This document shows positions 35,913 to 44,155 of a stretch of DNA of 64,000 bases, one piece after another. The first letter of the stretch is position 1. Each line of letters starts with the position of its first letter. The notes below the pieces were generated by a model. The model did no database searches. It was not told the origin of the DNA and saw nothing but the letters and a program-made list of their open reading frames with translations. The DNA comes from Thermoplasmataceae archaeon (GTDB lineage Archaea > Thermoplasmatota > Thermoplasmata > Thermoplasmatales > Thermoplasmataceae), in assembly GCA_046703525.1 (NCBI GenBank), contig JBJKSW010000004.1, forward strand, positions 11,638 through 75,637, written 5' to 3'. Position numbers and translations under genes: made by a program.

Positions 35913-36746
35913 ATGACAGAGGAAGAAAGAGATATAGAGATTCACTCTGAAGACATGTTCCTTCGTGTCGGCAGAAAGGGAGCATACGTGAAGAAGCTCT
36001 CGCTTGACGGTGAGCCGCTAATTGTTCCCGCCTCCGACGGAAAGGAAACACATGGCGGGGCAACTGTCATGGTTCCTTATGCAAACAGGATAAGGGATGG
36101 ATCATACAGTTACAATGGAAAGGACTACCATTTCAGGAAAAACACTGAGGGCAATTCAATACACGGGTTTGCAAGGGATGCATTGTTCAGTGTTATGAAC
36201 GCTTCAGAAACGGAAGTAACACTTATTGCAACCCTGGAAGATAATGGATATCCCTCACCTATCGAGGTGGAAATAACCTATTCTTTGACCGCAGGCTCGT
36301 TTGCAACGGATGCCAAAGTAAGAAATCCCGGGAAAACCTCTGTTCCGCTGATGGTAGGTTTTCACCCTTACATAGCCGTGAGCGGATCTTGGAGCCTTAA
36401 GACAGACGAGCCGGCCAGGAAGCTGGAGTATGAGGACAGCTATTTCCCGAGCGGAAAGATGTATGATTTTGACTTCAACAGTCTTCCTGATCTTTCAGGG
36501 AGGACTTTTGACAATACCTTTCTGGGAGGAGGAACGATCCGGCTGGAGTCCGGTGGAAGAACAGTGAGATTCGAGAGAAGAAATTTTCCATATTTCGTCG
36601 TGTACAACGGAGAATACAGCCGGGGAATTTCTGTGGCACTTGAACCTATGACTGGCGCCCCTGACTGCTTTAATAATGGCATGGGGTTGATCTCACTTAA
36701 TGGCCATTCTGCTTTCCACTGTTCGTACAGGCTGGTTTTGGAATGA
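35913..36746 (+). CDS. Aldose 1-epimerase (galactose mutarotase-like) family protein
   Basis: HGGATVMVPYANRIRDGSYSYNGKDYHF..NSIHGFAR..GFHPY is characteristic of the family. The track start is TTG 35907; an ATG lies at 35913. Confidence 0.8.
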   Translation: MTEEERDIEIHSEDMFLRVGRKGAYVKKLSLDGEPLIVPASDGKETHGGATVMVPYANRIRDGSYSYNGKDYHFRKNTEGNSIHGFARDALFSVMNASETEVTLIATLEDNGYPSPIEVEITYSLTAGSFATDAKVRNPGKTSVPLMVGFHPYIAVSGSWSLKTDEPARKLEYEDSYFPSGKMYDFDFNSLPDLSGRTFDNTFLGGGTIRLESGGRTVRFERRNFPYFVVYNGEYSRGISVALEPMTGAPDCFNNGMGLISLNGHSAFHCSYRLVLE

Positions 36747-36903
36747 TTTTCAAAATTAATATAAAGAATACACTATGTATGGCGGAATCAGCATTTTACC
36801 CGTTAAAAGCAGTGTCAATCAATGGCAACTGGAGGCACAACATTTAATATCATCGGTGGAATTGTAATATAAAAAGTTCAGCATTAAAGGATGGAGAATA
36901 GAA

Positions 36904-37803
36904 ATGGTTAATTGTCCAGTATGCGGAGAAAGTTTCGATCGTGGCGACTACGACTCTCTTGCTACTCATTTCAACAGGTATATCGATAGAAACGAACCCT
37001 CGCACATAGACTGGGTTCGAATTAATGTTCCACTCTCTGATTACGAATCAAACGCCTTCATTGAAAAGTTGCAGTCGTTTTTCACAGTTACACCAGAAAA
37101 TATCGAGAACTGGTTCTGGAAACGTATAGTTGAGAGATTCTATACAGACAGGCCGAACACATTTATTGAGGCCATGCAGAGGCCCAAGAAAGCTACGTTT
37201 ATGGGGTATGCGATGGAAAACTACAGCTTTGCCAAGCAGCGTGTGAAGTCGCTTGCCTATGTGATTGCCAAGACAGACAAGGAAGACGTGCAGATCTATG
37301 AGGGAACACTACTTACTGGAGATCTTGTGTACAACGGATCTTCAAACAAGTCCAACGTGGCGCTCCTGGTGCAGATGGCAGAAAGTGTGGGATTGCCGAA
37401 AGACACGCTAATGACATCAATGCCACTGCCTCCTACACTGCATTCAATAAAACTGTGGAATGGCATAGCAGAGAACGGGCACTGGCTAGACATTATGGCT
37501 TCTTCAAACCTCCTTGACCTTGTTCATTCACCGAAGATCAAGGATGCGGGTTCCAAACTCTACTATTTTGGCAATGGAGTTGTTGACAATGAGTGGATTC
37601 CAGACCCTGTGAAAGAATATCTTAAATTCACCAGAGATGTCATAGGCACCAATGCAGAAGAGGGCCTCCATCTAGTGGCCAAGTATGCCATAGAACTCAA
37701 GATGGTGGAAGAAGTGCAGAGCATTTTCCTAAGGTCCCTGGACGCCTTCGAGAGGCATCTTCAGGCAAGAATGACCAGGGCAAAGCAGTTCGAAGCGAAG
37801 TAG
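36904..37803 (+). CDS. Hypothetical protein with N-terminal CxxC..H zinc-finger-like motif and a helical C-terminal domain
   Basis: It begins MVNCPVCGESFDRGDYDSLATHF. The remainder is helical with no motif I can name confidently. Confidence 0.5.
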   Translation: MVNCPVCGESFDRGDYDSLATHFNRYIDRNEPSHIDWVRINVPLSDYESNAFIEKLQSFFTVTPENIENWFWKRIVERFYTDRPNTFIEAMQRPKKATFMGYAMENYSFAKQRVKSLAYVIAKTDKEDVQIYEGTLLTGDLVYNGSSNKSNVALLVQMAESVGLPKDTLMTSMPLPPTLHSIKLWNGIAENGHWLDIMASSNLLDLVHSPKIKDAGSKLYYFGNGVVDNEWIPDPVKEYLKFTRDVIGTNAEEGLHLVAKYAIELKMVEEVQSIFLRSLDAFERHLQARMTRAKQFEAK

Positions 37804-37832
37804 TTTTTTAGTTAGTCGCGTTGCAGTGTCAG

Positions 37833-38090
37833 ATGTCTGATCTACTCACCGCGACAAAATATATTGAGTCGCTTGACCTGACTTTCGAGTTCAGGTACAG
37901 GCTGAATTTCACTGAAGAGAAATCTTGCGGTTTCACCAAGGTATACAAGGGAAAACTTGCAGAGGATGACGAGAATTATGAACTCTACATGGAAATGTAC
38001 GAGTGCGGCCTTACAAAGGAGCAGGCCCTTTCAAAATTCGAAAGGGTAATAAAAGAGGTTGAGCAGGGCGAACTCGACCTGGAACTCTGA
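37833..38090 (+). CDS. Small acidic hypothetical protein (85 aa)
   Basis: The in-frame ATG at 37833 lies downstream of the track TTG 37821. The composition is protein-like, and the gene is on the same strand directly after 36904..37803. Confidence 0.4.
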   Translation: MSDLLTATKYIESLDLTFEFRYRLNFTEEKSCGFTKVYKGKLAEDDENYELYMEMYECGLTKEQALSKFERVIKEVEQGELDLEL

Positions 38091-38091
38091 T

Positions 38092-38772
38092 TCACAGGTC
38101 AACTTCCACTGTTACTTCGTCTCCATCCTTGAGGTTCAGAGTCCCTCTGAGAAATTTTTCTGAAATAAATTCTATTACATCTGTGTATACTGTGCGCTCA
38201 GGCATTATCACGGCCCCTTCCACGCCGTTTATTCTCGCTGGAAAGGCCTTTACATCACCAAAGGTCCGGTCATCTGTGCTGAAGCCGTCGATGTGTATTC
38301 CTTCAGATGACCTTAAACGCCTGAGCTGATCCCAGTCTGCCTGCTCAACTTTTACGTTGAGTGTGCCCAGGTATGGGATCATGTTCAGCTTGTATTGGAA
38401 CTGGCGAATGTAATTTTTCCTTGAAATGTAATATCTTCCTTCTCCAAGGCCGCTTGACACACGCCCCGGTATCCTTATTCTTGCCTCCATTCCAAGTATC
38501 CTTGAGAGTGAAGAAAGTTCCGAATACAGAAGATGAAGGCCCTGTTCCGTTATCTTCAGAGTCTGTTTTCTGTTTTCAAGGCTTCTTGTGAGATAACCCT
38601 TCTCAACAAGCTGGAGTATGAATCTGGAGGCGGATTGCTGGCTCTGCCCTATCTTTCCGGCCAACTCTGTAGAGGATACGGTTATCCTGTTTGACTGCCC
38701 CGCCATCCTCTTTATTTCTTTCAGGACAAAGTAAAACTTGAGCTGATCCGCATCCGGCTTTGTGTACACCAT
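38092..38772 (-). CDS. ribK: CTP-dependent archaeal riboflavin kinase fused to an N-terminal winged-HTH domain (RbkR-type bifunctional regulator/kinase)
   Basis: The C-terminal half GRVSSGLGEGRYYIS..YLGTLNVKV..AVIMPERTVY matches the MJ0056-type kinase. The N-terminal ..STELAGKIGQSQQSASRFILQLVEKGYLTR.. is a wHTH. Confidence 0.8.
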   Translation of the reverse strand: MVYTKPDADQLKFYFVLKEIKRMAGQSNRITVSSTELAGKIGQSQQSASRFILQLVEKGYLTRSLENRKQTLKITEQGLHLLYSELSSLSRILGMEARIRIPGRVSSGLGEGRYYISRKNYIRQFQYKLNMIPYLGTLNVKVEQADWDQLRRLRSSEGIHIDGFSTDDRTFGDVKAFPARINGVEGAVIMPERTVYTDVIEFISEKFLRGTLNLKDGDEVTVEVDL

Positions 38773-39141
38773 TTATCTTGCCTCACCTATATACCTTCGT
38801 TCCTTAACAAGGTATACCTTTGTGCCTGCTTCTTTGAGCCTTTTAGTGAGTTCTCTGTCATTTGTCAGAACGGGCCAGCCTGTATTTGATGCAAGCTTCA
38901 GAATGCAGTCATCCCCCTTTCCTTCAGAACTTATGGCTTCGAAACGGGAAGACATTGATAGCGCGGTCCTGGCGTGCATGTTAGTCCTGGACAGCCCCCT
39001 AAGTTCTGATATGACACATTCCGGTATCACGGGATATGAACCAGGAACGGCTATCTTTAGCTCAAGCTCAAGATTAACATGATTTCTGACTGCATAAATA
39101 ATCGAGTTTGAATCCAGTATTACCGGTTTTCTGTCTTGCAT
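38773..39141 (-). CDS. PIN-domain protein (Fcf1/Utp24-like archaeal family)
   Basis: It has VILDSNSIIY (first acidic residue) and ..VLTNDRELTKRL.. (C-terminal acidic motif). It is wedged between the aIF2-beta and ribK genes with no intergenic space to ribK. Confidence 0.7.
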   Translation of the reverse strand: MQDRKPVILDSNSIIYAVRNHVNLELELKIAVPGSYPVIPECVISELRGLSRTNMHARTALSMSSRFEAISSEGKGDDCILKLASNTGWPVLTNDRELTKRLKEAGTKVYLVKERRYIGEAR

Positions 39142-39162
39142 GTGCCCAGTGGAATCCTGTGA

Positions 39163-39780
39163 CTACTTGACAACTTCACTTATTGCCGTTTTTCTTCTAA
39201 TCTTCTTGATCAGAACTTCGACTGTAACTCCCTTTTTGCCGCCGGGAACTAGAATTGTATAGCCCATGTAATTGGCTTTTCCTTCGCCGGATGTACCAAC
39301 ATCTGTGACGGTAACAGTGTATTTCTTTCCCTCTTCCACATCAGCCTCAAGCCTCTTGGAATCCCTGGAAACTCTGACAGAGTGCTGAGCTCCACACGCC
39401 TTGCACACGAGGACATCAACTCTGCCGACCCTTTCCATTTCCGTGTCTGGAGAACCGCATTCGTAACAGATAACATAAGTTTCCATGTATTCCCTGATTT
39501 TTTGCTGTATTGTGTTTGCATCCACTTTCTTGTTTATGATCAGCCTGCGTCCGTCCATTGCAACACCGATTCCGAGCTCCCGCGTGAAATGTTTCATGAT
39601 CGCCTTTGCTGGCCTGTTTATGAGCTCCCCTATGTCCTGAAAATTCCTTATGATTGTCACTTTACCCTCAGATATGACGTCCGGCTCCGGGATCTTGAGT
39701 CTGCTTTGGACTTTGGTTGAATCAGAAAAGGCGCCCTCAGCCTTATTGAGGAGTTTCATGTAATCATCTTCTACTGCCAT
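39163..39780 (-). CDS. eif2b: Translation initiation factor aIF-2 subunit beta with C-terminal TRAM-like extension
   Basis: It has the core ..IRNFQDIGELINRPAKAIMKHFTRELG.. and the zinc ribbon CYECGSPDT..CKACG. An extra ~60-aa C-terminus (KKYTVTVTDVGTSGEGKANYMGYTILVPGGKKGVTVEVLIKKI) is beta-barrel/TRAM-like. The track start is GTG 39801; an ATG lies at 39780. Confidence 0.85.
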   Translation of the reverse strand: MAVEDDYMKLLNKAEGAFSDSTKVQSRLKIPEPDVISEGKVTIIRNFQDIGELINRPAKAIMKHFTRELGIGVAMDGRRLIINKKVDANTIQQKIREYMETYVICYECGSPDTEMERVGRVDVLVCKACGAQHSVRVSRDSKRLEADVEEGKKYTVTVTDVGTSGEGKANYMGYTILVPGGKKGVTVEVLIKKIRRKTAISEVVK

Positions 39781-40006
39781 AAATGCAGTATGCAATTTCA
39801 CTATTAATATTAATCAGGAAAGAACTGGACCAACCTTTCATTAGCGTTTACCGCCCCAAAAACCGGCGATGTCTGAGCCATCTTAACATAACATAACGGC
39901 AATAATTATAGTTGTATATTTTCTTTGTATGGACAACCAATTTCATCAAAACAGGATGATGTGATATAAATCAGCTAAAATAAGCTTTTATGTGTGTCTT
40001 CGATTT

Positions 40007-40025
40007 AATTATTAATTTAATAATT
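40007..40025. promoter_or_regulatory. 19-bp palindrome AATTATTAA-T-TTAATAATT in the AT-rich region upstream of the RHH gene; candidate RHH operator
   Basis: It is seen directly, with 9-bp perfect arms, 67-85 nt upstream of ATG 40092. A TTTATATA box lies at 40056-40063. The AT-rich context lowers its statistical weight. Confidence 0.3.
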
Positions 40026-40055
40026 GTATAGACATATGTATGACGATGAGATATC

Positions 40056-40063
40056 TTTATATA
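40056..40063 (+). promoter_or_regulatory. TATA box (TTTATATA) for the RHH/FtsZ-like operon
   Basis: The consensus archaeal TATA is centred about 32 nt upstream of ATG 40092, implying a very short or absent leader. Confidence 0.4.
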
Positions 40064-40091
40064 CTACCTAAATAATATTGTTTAGCTCATC

Positions 40092-40520
40092 ATGGACCAG
40101 GGAGAAAAAATAACACTGAGGATATCCAGAGACAATCTGGATGAAATTGACGAGTTTCTGGACAGAAACCCCAGATACGGCAGCAGGTCAGAGTTTCTTA
40201 GAAACCTGGCAATAGATTTCATTGCCAAGACCAGAGTTCAAATGATACAGTCCAACGAGACTGTGTGCGTTAAATTGCCTGCTTCCATTGACACATGGAT
40301 CTCCCAAGCAGTAAACAAGGGTATTTTCAACAATGTCAGCGAGGCAGTTGGAATACTACTGAATGATCTTGACGCGAGCGGAAAACTTCTCGAGATCATA
40401 GAGAACAGGTTTAAGCTTGAAGAGAAGAAGAGAGAGGTCCTGCGCAAGTATACAGAAAACCCAACTGATTCCGATGAAAGTGAGCAATATAACAGATTCA
40501 GAACAGGAAGAGAGGTGTAA
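40092..40520 (+). CDS. Tandem ribbon-helix-helix (CopG/Arc/MetJ-type) DNA-binding protein
   Basis: There are two RHH-like units: KITLRISRDNLDEIDEFL..GSRSEFLRNLAIDFI and VCVKLPASIDTWISQAV..NNVSEAVGILLNDL. These are followed by a charged helical tail. Confidence 0.65.
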   Translation: MDQGEKITLRISRDNLDEIDEFLDRNPRYGSRSEFLRNLAIDFIAKTRVQMIQSNETVCVKLPASIDTWISQAVNKGIFNNVSEAVGILLNDLDASGKLLEIIENRFKLEEKKREVLRKYTENPTDSDESEQYNRFRTGREV

Positions 40521-40523
40521 AAA

Positions 40524-41342
40524 TTGGAAACTGAAATGGAAGAATATGGAGCTATGCTGAGTCAGAAAGAAATAAATGACCTGACATCAAGAGTCGTAAA
40601 GGAATACTTTGAGGAGCACAGTGACAGTACAATAATATCCTTCGGCAAAGCAGGAAGCAGAATAATAAAGAGAATGCTTCCCTTTGAAAGCGGCAGGACA
40701 AATTTCCACACTGTCAACCTTGACAGAGAGACGGTAACAAAGATGCCAAAGGGCAAAGGGAAGATAGCAAAAAGGCTGCTCAAGAGATCAAACTACCTTG
40801 AAGTTGACCTGGACGGGAGTTCTGTGAGCGTCAGCGGATACAAGAACACGGGAGTGAGCGTTGAGAGCATATATTACAAAGTGAGCAACCTTAATGTCAG
40901 GTATGACAAGTTCATGTCATCACCCAGGTTTGTTGCCAACGAAATACTCGCCAACATAGAGAAATCATCAATGTTCATACTTGTGACAGGCTTTGGCGGT
41001 ACCTTTGGCCAGACAATGCACATCGAATTTTCCAGGATGCTCAGGCAGAGGAAGATACCTCACATGAATGTTGTAATCAAACCGTCCAGGCTGGAAAAAC
41101 AGAGAAGGTCCCTTGCGCAGAGAGCAATAACTGAACTCATGAACGAAGACGGCCCTGTGTTCGTCTACGACAACGAAGACTACATCGACAAGGGAAGAAT
41201 GTTCGATTCACTCCACGCAGCTGAGATTACTGACAGGATAAACGAGAAGATAGGAATGGATATCTGGCTTTACAATCTCAGGCTGACCGATCAGTTCGGC
41301 GTTCTGAAAGAAGACAACAGTATTTTTTCAAGCATACTCTGA
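40524..41342 (+). CDS. FtsZ/tubulin-superfamily-like protein: N-terminal GTPase-domain homolog with degenerate signature motif, lacking the T7 loop and C-terminal domain
   Basis: It aligns by eye to FtsZ: IISFGKAGSRIIKRM, TVNLD, SMFILVTGFGGTFGQT (FtsZ has GGGTGTG), NVVIKPSRLEKQRR, AQRAITELMNEDGPVFVYDNEDY. The TTG start lies 6 nt after GAGGTG; an alternative ATG is at 40536. Confidence 0.6.
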   Translation: METEMEEYGAMLSQKEINDLTSRVVKEYFEEHSDSTIISFGKAGSRIIKRMLPFESGRTNFHTVNLDRETVTKMPKGKGKIAKRLLKRSNYLEVDLDGSSVSVSGYKNTGVSVESIYYKVSNLNVRYDKFMSSPRFVANEILANIEKSSMFILVTGFGGTFGQTMHIEFSRMLRQRKIPHMNVVIKPSRLEKQRRSLAQRAITELMNEDGPVFVYDNEDYIDKGRMFDSLHAAEITDRINEKIGMDIWLYNLRLTDQFGVLKEDNSIFSSIL

Positions 41343-41822
41343 TCAAAGGGCGGAGTGTATTTCGCCCTCTGACATATTTCTTTCACAAAAAACACAGGTT
41401 ACAACAAGCGGTTTTGTTGATTTAAGCACAAATTCTGAATTCACGGGTTCTCCTGAATTCGTTATGCAGTTCTGGTTCTTGCACGGAATTATTCCAACAA
41501 TCCTCTCAGGCAGTTTCACGGTGAATTTCTCAGATATGCTGTAATTCCTGATTATACTGATTGTTGCCTCCGGTGCAACCAGCGAGATTCTATCCAGTTC
41601 ATCCCTCTCCAGAAACCTTGCCTCAATCTTGACTACGTCCTTGTATCCTATCCGCTTGCTCTGAACAAACATGCCAACGCTGATGGAATAGTGGACCTTT
41701 TCATCAATCCCGAGTATTGATAGAACCTTCAGCGCCTTTCCTGCAGGGATGTGGTCAATAACTGTGCCCTCCTTGATTTTAGAAATCTTCAGTGTTCTTT
41801 CAGGTTCTGTGTCCAATTTCAT
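41343..41822 (-). CDS. pyrI: Aspartate carbamoyltransferase regulatory subunit
   Basis: It has [13 protein letters not shown] and the C-terminal zinc domain [14 protein letters not shown]. It overlaps pyrB by 4 nt. Confidence 0.95.
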   Translation of the reverse strand: MKLDTEPERTLKISKIKEGTVIDHIPAGKALKVLSILGIDEKVHYSISVGMFVQSKRIGYKDVVKIEARFLERDELDRISLVAPEATISIIRNYSISEKFTVKLPERIVGIIPCKNQNCITNSGEPVNSEFVLKSTKPLVVTCVFCERNMSEGEIHSAL

Positions 41823-42736
41823 TCCTCCAGTATCTTGCTTATGAGCGCCATTCTAACAGGTATACCGTTTGCTGCCTGCTTGAAATACCTTGCTCTCTTG
41901 TCCGTGTCAACTTCGGCCTTTATTTCGTCAACTCTTGGCAGAGGATGCATGATGATGGCCCGCTCCTTCATCTGGGCCAGCATCTTCTGGTCAATTGAAT
42001 ATGAGCCTATCACTCCCTTGTACTCGTTCATGTCCGCGAATCTTTCCTTCTGTATCCTTGTGACATATATGACGTCAGAATCTGCCAGTGCATCATCCAG
42101 TTTTTCAGTCTCAAGGACGTCTATTTTTCCGGATATCCTCCCAAGTATGTGATCTGGTATCCTGAGTATTCCCGGTGAGACCAGATTTACCTTGACATCA
42201 TACCTTGCAAGTGCAAGTAGAAGCGAATGTACGGTCCTGCCGTATTTCAGGTCTCCGAGCAGAGTGATTGTCAGGCCGCTGAGGCTCGAAAATTCACGGA
42301 ACACTGTGTAGAGGTCAAGTAGCGTCTGTGTCGGGTGCTGCCCTGACCCGTCACCGCCGTTTATTACGGGGACAGAGGAAAATTTGGCGGAAAGTCTTGC
42401 AGCTCCCTCCATTGGATGCCTGATGACAATTATGTCAGAATATGAAGAAATGACTCGTATTGAGTCGGAAAGTGTCTCTCCCTTTGTTGCAGACGAACTC
42501 TTTGAATCTGCCATTGTCAGTACAGAACCGCCAAGCCTGTGCATTGCGCCCTCGAAGGACATCCTTGTCCGCGTGCTTGGCTCAAAAAAGAGCGTGGACA
42601 TTACCTTCCCCTGCATTGTTGTTATTTTCTTGCCTCTTTCGAGCGACTCCTGCATTTCGGTTGACAACCTGAAAATTTCATTCATTTCGTCTGTTGTAAT
42701 ATCATCCACAGAAACTACACTGCGATTAGCCAGCAT
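41819..42736 (-). CDS. pyrB: Aspartate carbamoyltransferase catalytic subunit
   Basis: The motifs are [13 protein letters not shown] and IMHPLPR, at a length of 305 aa. Confidence 0.95.
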   Translation of the reverse strand: MLANRSVVSVDDITTDEMNEIFRLSTEMQESLERGKKITTMQGKVMSTLFFEPSTRTRMSFEGAMHRLGGSVLTMADSKSSSATKGETLSDSIRVISSYSDIIVIRHPMEGAARLSAKFSSVPVINGGDGSGQHPTQTLLDLYTVFREFSSLSGLTITLLGDLKYGRTVHSLLLALARYDVKVNLVSPGILRIPDHILGRISGKIDVLETEKLDDALADSDVIYVTRIQKERFADMNEYKGVIGSYSIDQKMLAQMKERAIIMHPLPRVDEIKAEVDTDKRARYFKQAANGIPVRMALISKILEE

Positions 42737-42859
42737 TCATTTTGATAGACTTCAGATGCTTATTAAACTTTCAGGAAAGGATCAGAAACAGAGTTCCTCA
42801 CCCTGTTCTGGTATTGAGGACAACAGAAAATTCATTATGACCTGTTGGAATTCAACTGC

Positions 42860-44122
42860 ATGGGAAATTCTGCCATGCCGGGATTCAACAAACTCTCTGT
42901 AAGAGAGAGAATGGCAAAGTTAGCCGAATTCGCAGGGCTCACAGAAGAGGAAAAGGAAATTCTGCAGATAAGGGGATCGCTTCCCGAAGAGATTGCTGAC
43001 CATATGATTGAGAATTATGTAACAAATATGGAAATCCCTATGGGAATTGCCACGAATTTCAGAATAAACGGAAAGGATTACCTGATTCCAATGGCCATTG
43101 AGGAGCCGTCAGTCATCGCGGGCTGTTCATATGCTGCCAAAATAGCAAGGGAAAAAGGGGGTTTCAGGTCTTATTCATCTGAGCCGCTCATGGTCGGCCA
43201 GATCCAGATTATGGACCTGCATTCACCGGAGGCTGCTGCAATTGACATATACGGCCATAAGGAAGAATTGCTTAATCTGGCAAACGAAAAGAGCAGAACC
43301 CTGTCTAAACTCAACGCGGGTGCGAAGGACCTTTACACGGAGAGATATGAAAGCCCTCAGGATATGCTCATCCTCAACCTGATCGTCGATGTAAGGGATG
43401 CAATGGGCGCTAACGTGGTTAACACAATGTGCGAGCACATTTCACCAAGAGTAGAAGAAATTACCGGAGGGAGGGTGAACCTGAGAATTCTCACCAATCT
43501 CACTGATCTGCGAATGTCCTACTCCACAGCCACGTTCAGCAGTGAATTGATTGGAGGGCCGGAGGTTGCCATGAACGTGATCGAGGCATACAACTTTGCC
43601 AGAGCAGACATACACAGGGCTGCCACGCACAACAAAGGCGTCATGAACGGTGTGGATGCCGTCCTTCTTGCCACACTTAATGACTGGAGGGCGGTGGAGG
43701 CCGGCGCCCATTCATACTACTCCAGAAACGGATACGGCCCCTTCACCGAATTCAGCCTGAACGATGAGGGCGACATTGTCGGAACAATCAGGATCCCAAT
43801 GGCTGTGGGAACAGTCGGAGGGTCCACGGGAAGCGTTCCCAAGGCTGGAATTGCAAGAAAGATACTGGGCGCGAAATCATCCGGCGAATTTGGAGAAATA
43901 CTGGCTGCTGTCGGGCTCGCTCAGAATTTTGCTGCCGTCAGGGCCCTTTCCAGCGAGGGCATACAGAAGGGCCACATGAAACTGCATTCGAGGAACCTGG
44001 CAATGAGCGCAGGCGCTTCCGGCGATCTCATTGACAGAATATCCGCCATTATGGTGAAGGAAGGAAACATAAGCCTTAGCAGAGCCAGAGAGATTCTGGC
44101 TGAACTGAGTGGCAAAAGATAA
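42860..44122 (+). CDS. hmgA: Hydroxymethylglutaryl-CoA reductase, class II (bacterial/NADH-type)
   Basis: ENYVTNMEIPMGIATNFRINGKDYLIPMAIEEPSVIAGCSYAAK, DAMGANVVN and GTVGG match the class II (Pseudomonas mevalonii-like) pattern. The track start is TTG 42845; ATGs lie at 42860 and 42875. Confidence 0.9.
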   Translation: MGNSAMPGFNKLSVRERMAKLAEFAGLTEEEKEILQIRGSLPEEIADHMIENYVTNMEIPMGIATNFRINGKDYLIPMAIEEPSVIAGCSYAAKIAREKGGFRSYSSEPLMVGQIQIMDLHSPEAAAIDIYGHKEELLNLANEKSRTLSKLNAGAKDLYTERYESPQDMLILNLIVDVRDAMGANVVNTMCEHISPRVEEITGGRVNLRILTNLTDLRMSYSTATFSSELIGGPEVAMNVIEAYNFARADIHRAATHNKGVMNGVDAVLLATLNDWRAVEAGAHSYYSRNGYGPFTEFSLNDEGDIVGTIRIPMAVGTVGGSTGSVPKAGIARKILGAKSSGEFGEILAAVGLAQNFAAVRALSSEGIQKGHMKLHSRNLAMSAGASGDLIDRISAIMVKEGNISLSRAREILAELSGKR

Positions 44123-44155
44123 ATTACTGTGGTAAGAGATACGGAGTTGACTCAA

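Noticed and set aside
38773-39141. PIN-domain gene as a VapC toxin of a toxin-antitoxin pair
   Set aside because: No small antitoxin gene lies upstream, since the neighbour is aIF2-beta. The sequence and context fit the housekeeping Fcf1-like archaeal PIN family.
42384-42902. 172-aa ORF on the plus strand
   Set aside because: It lies antisense to pyrB and runs through the pyrB promoter region. It has no motif.
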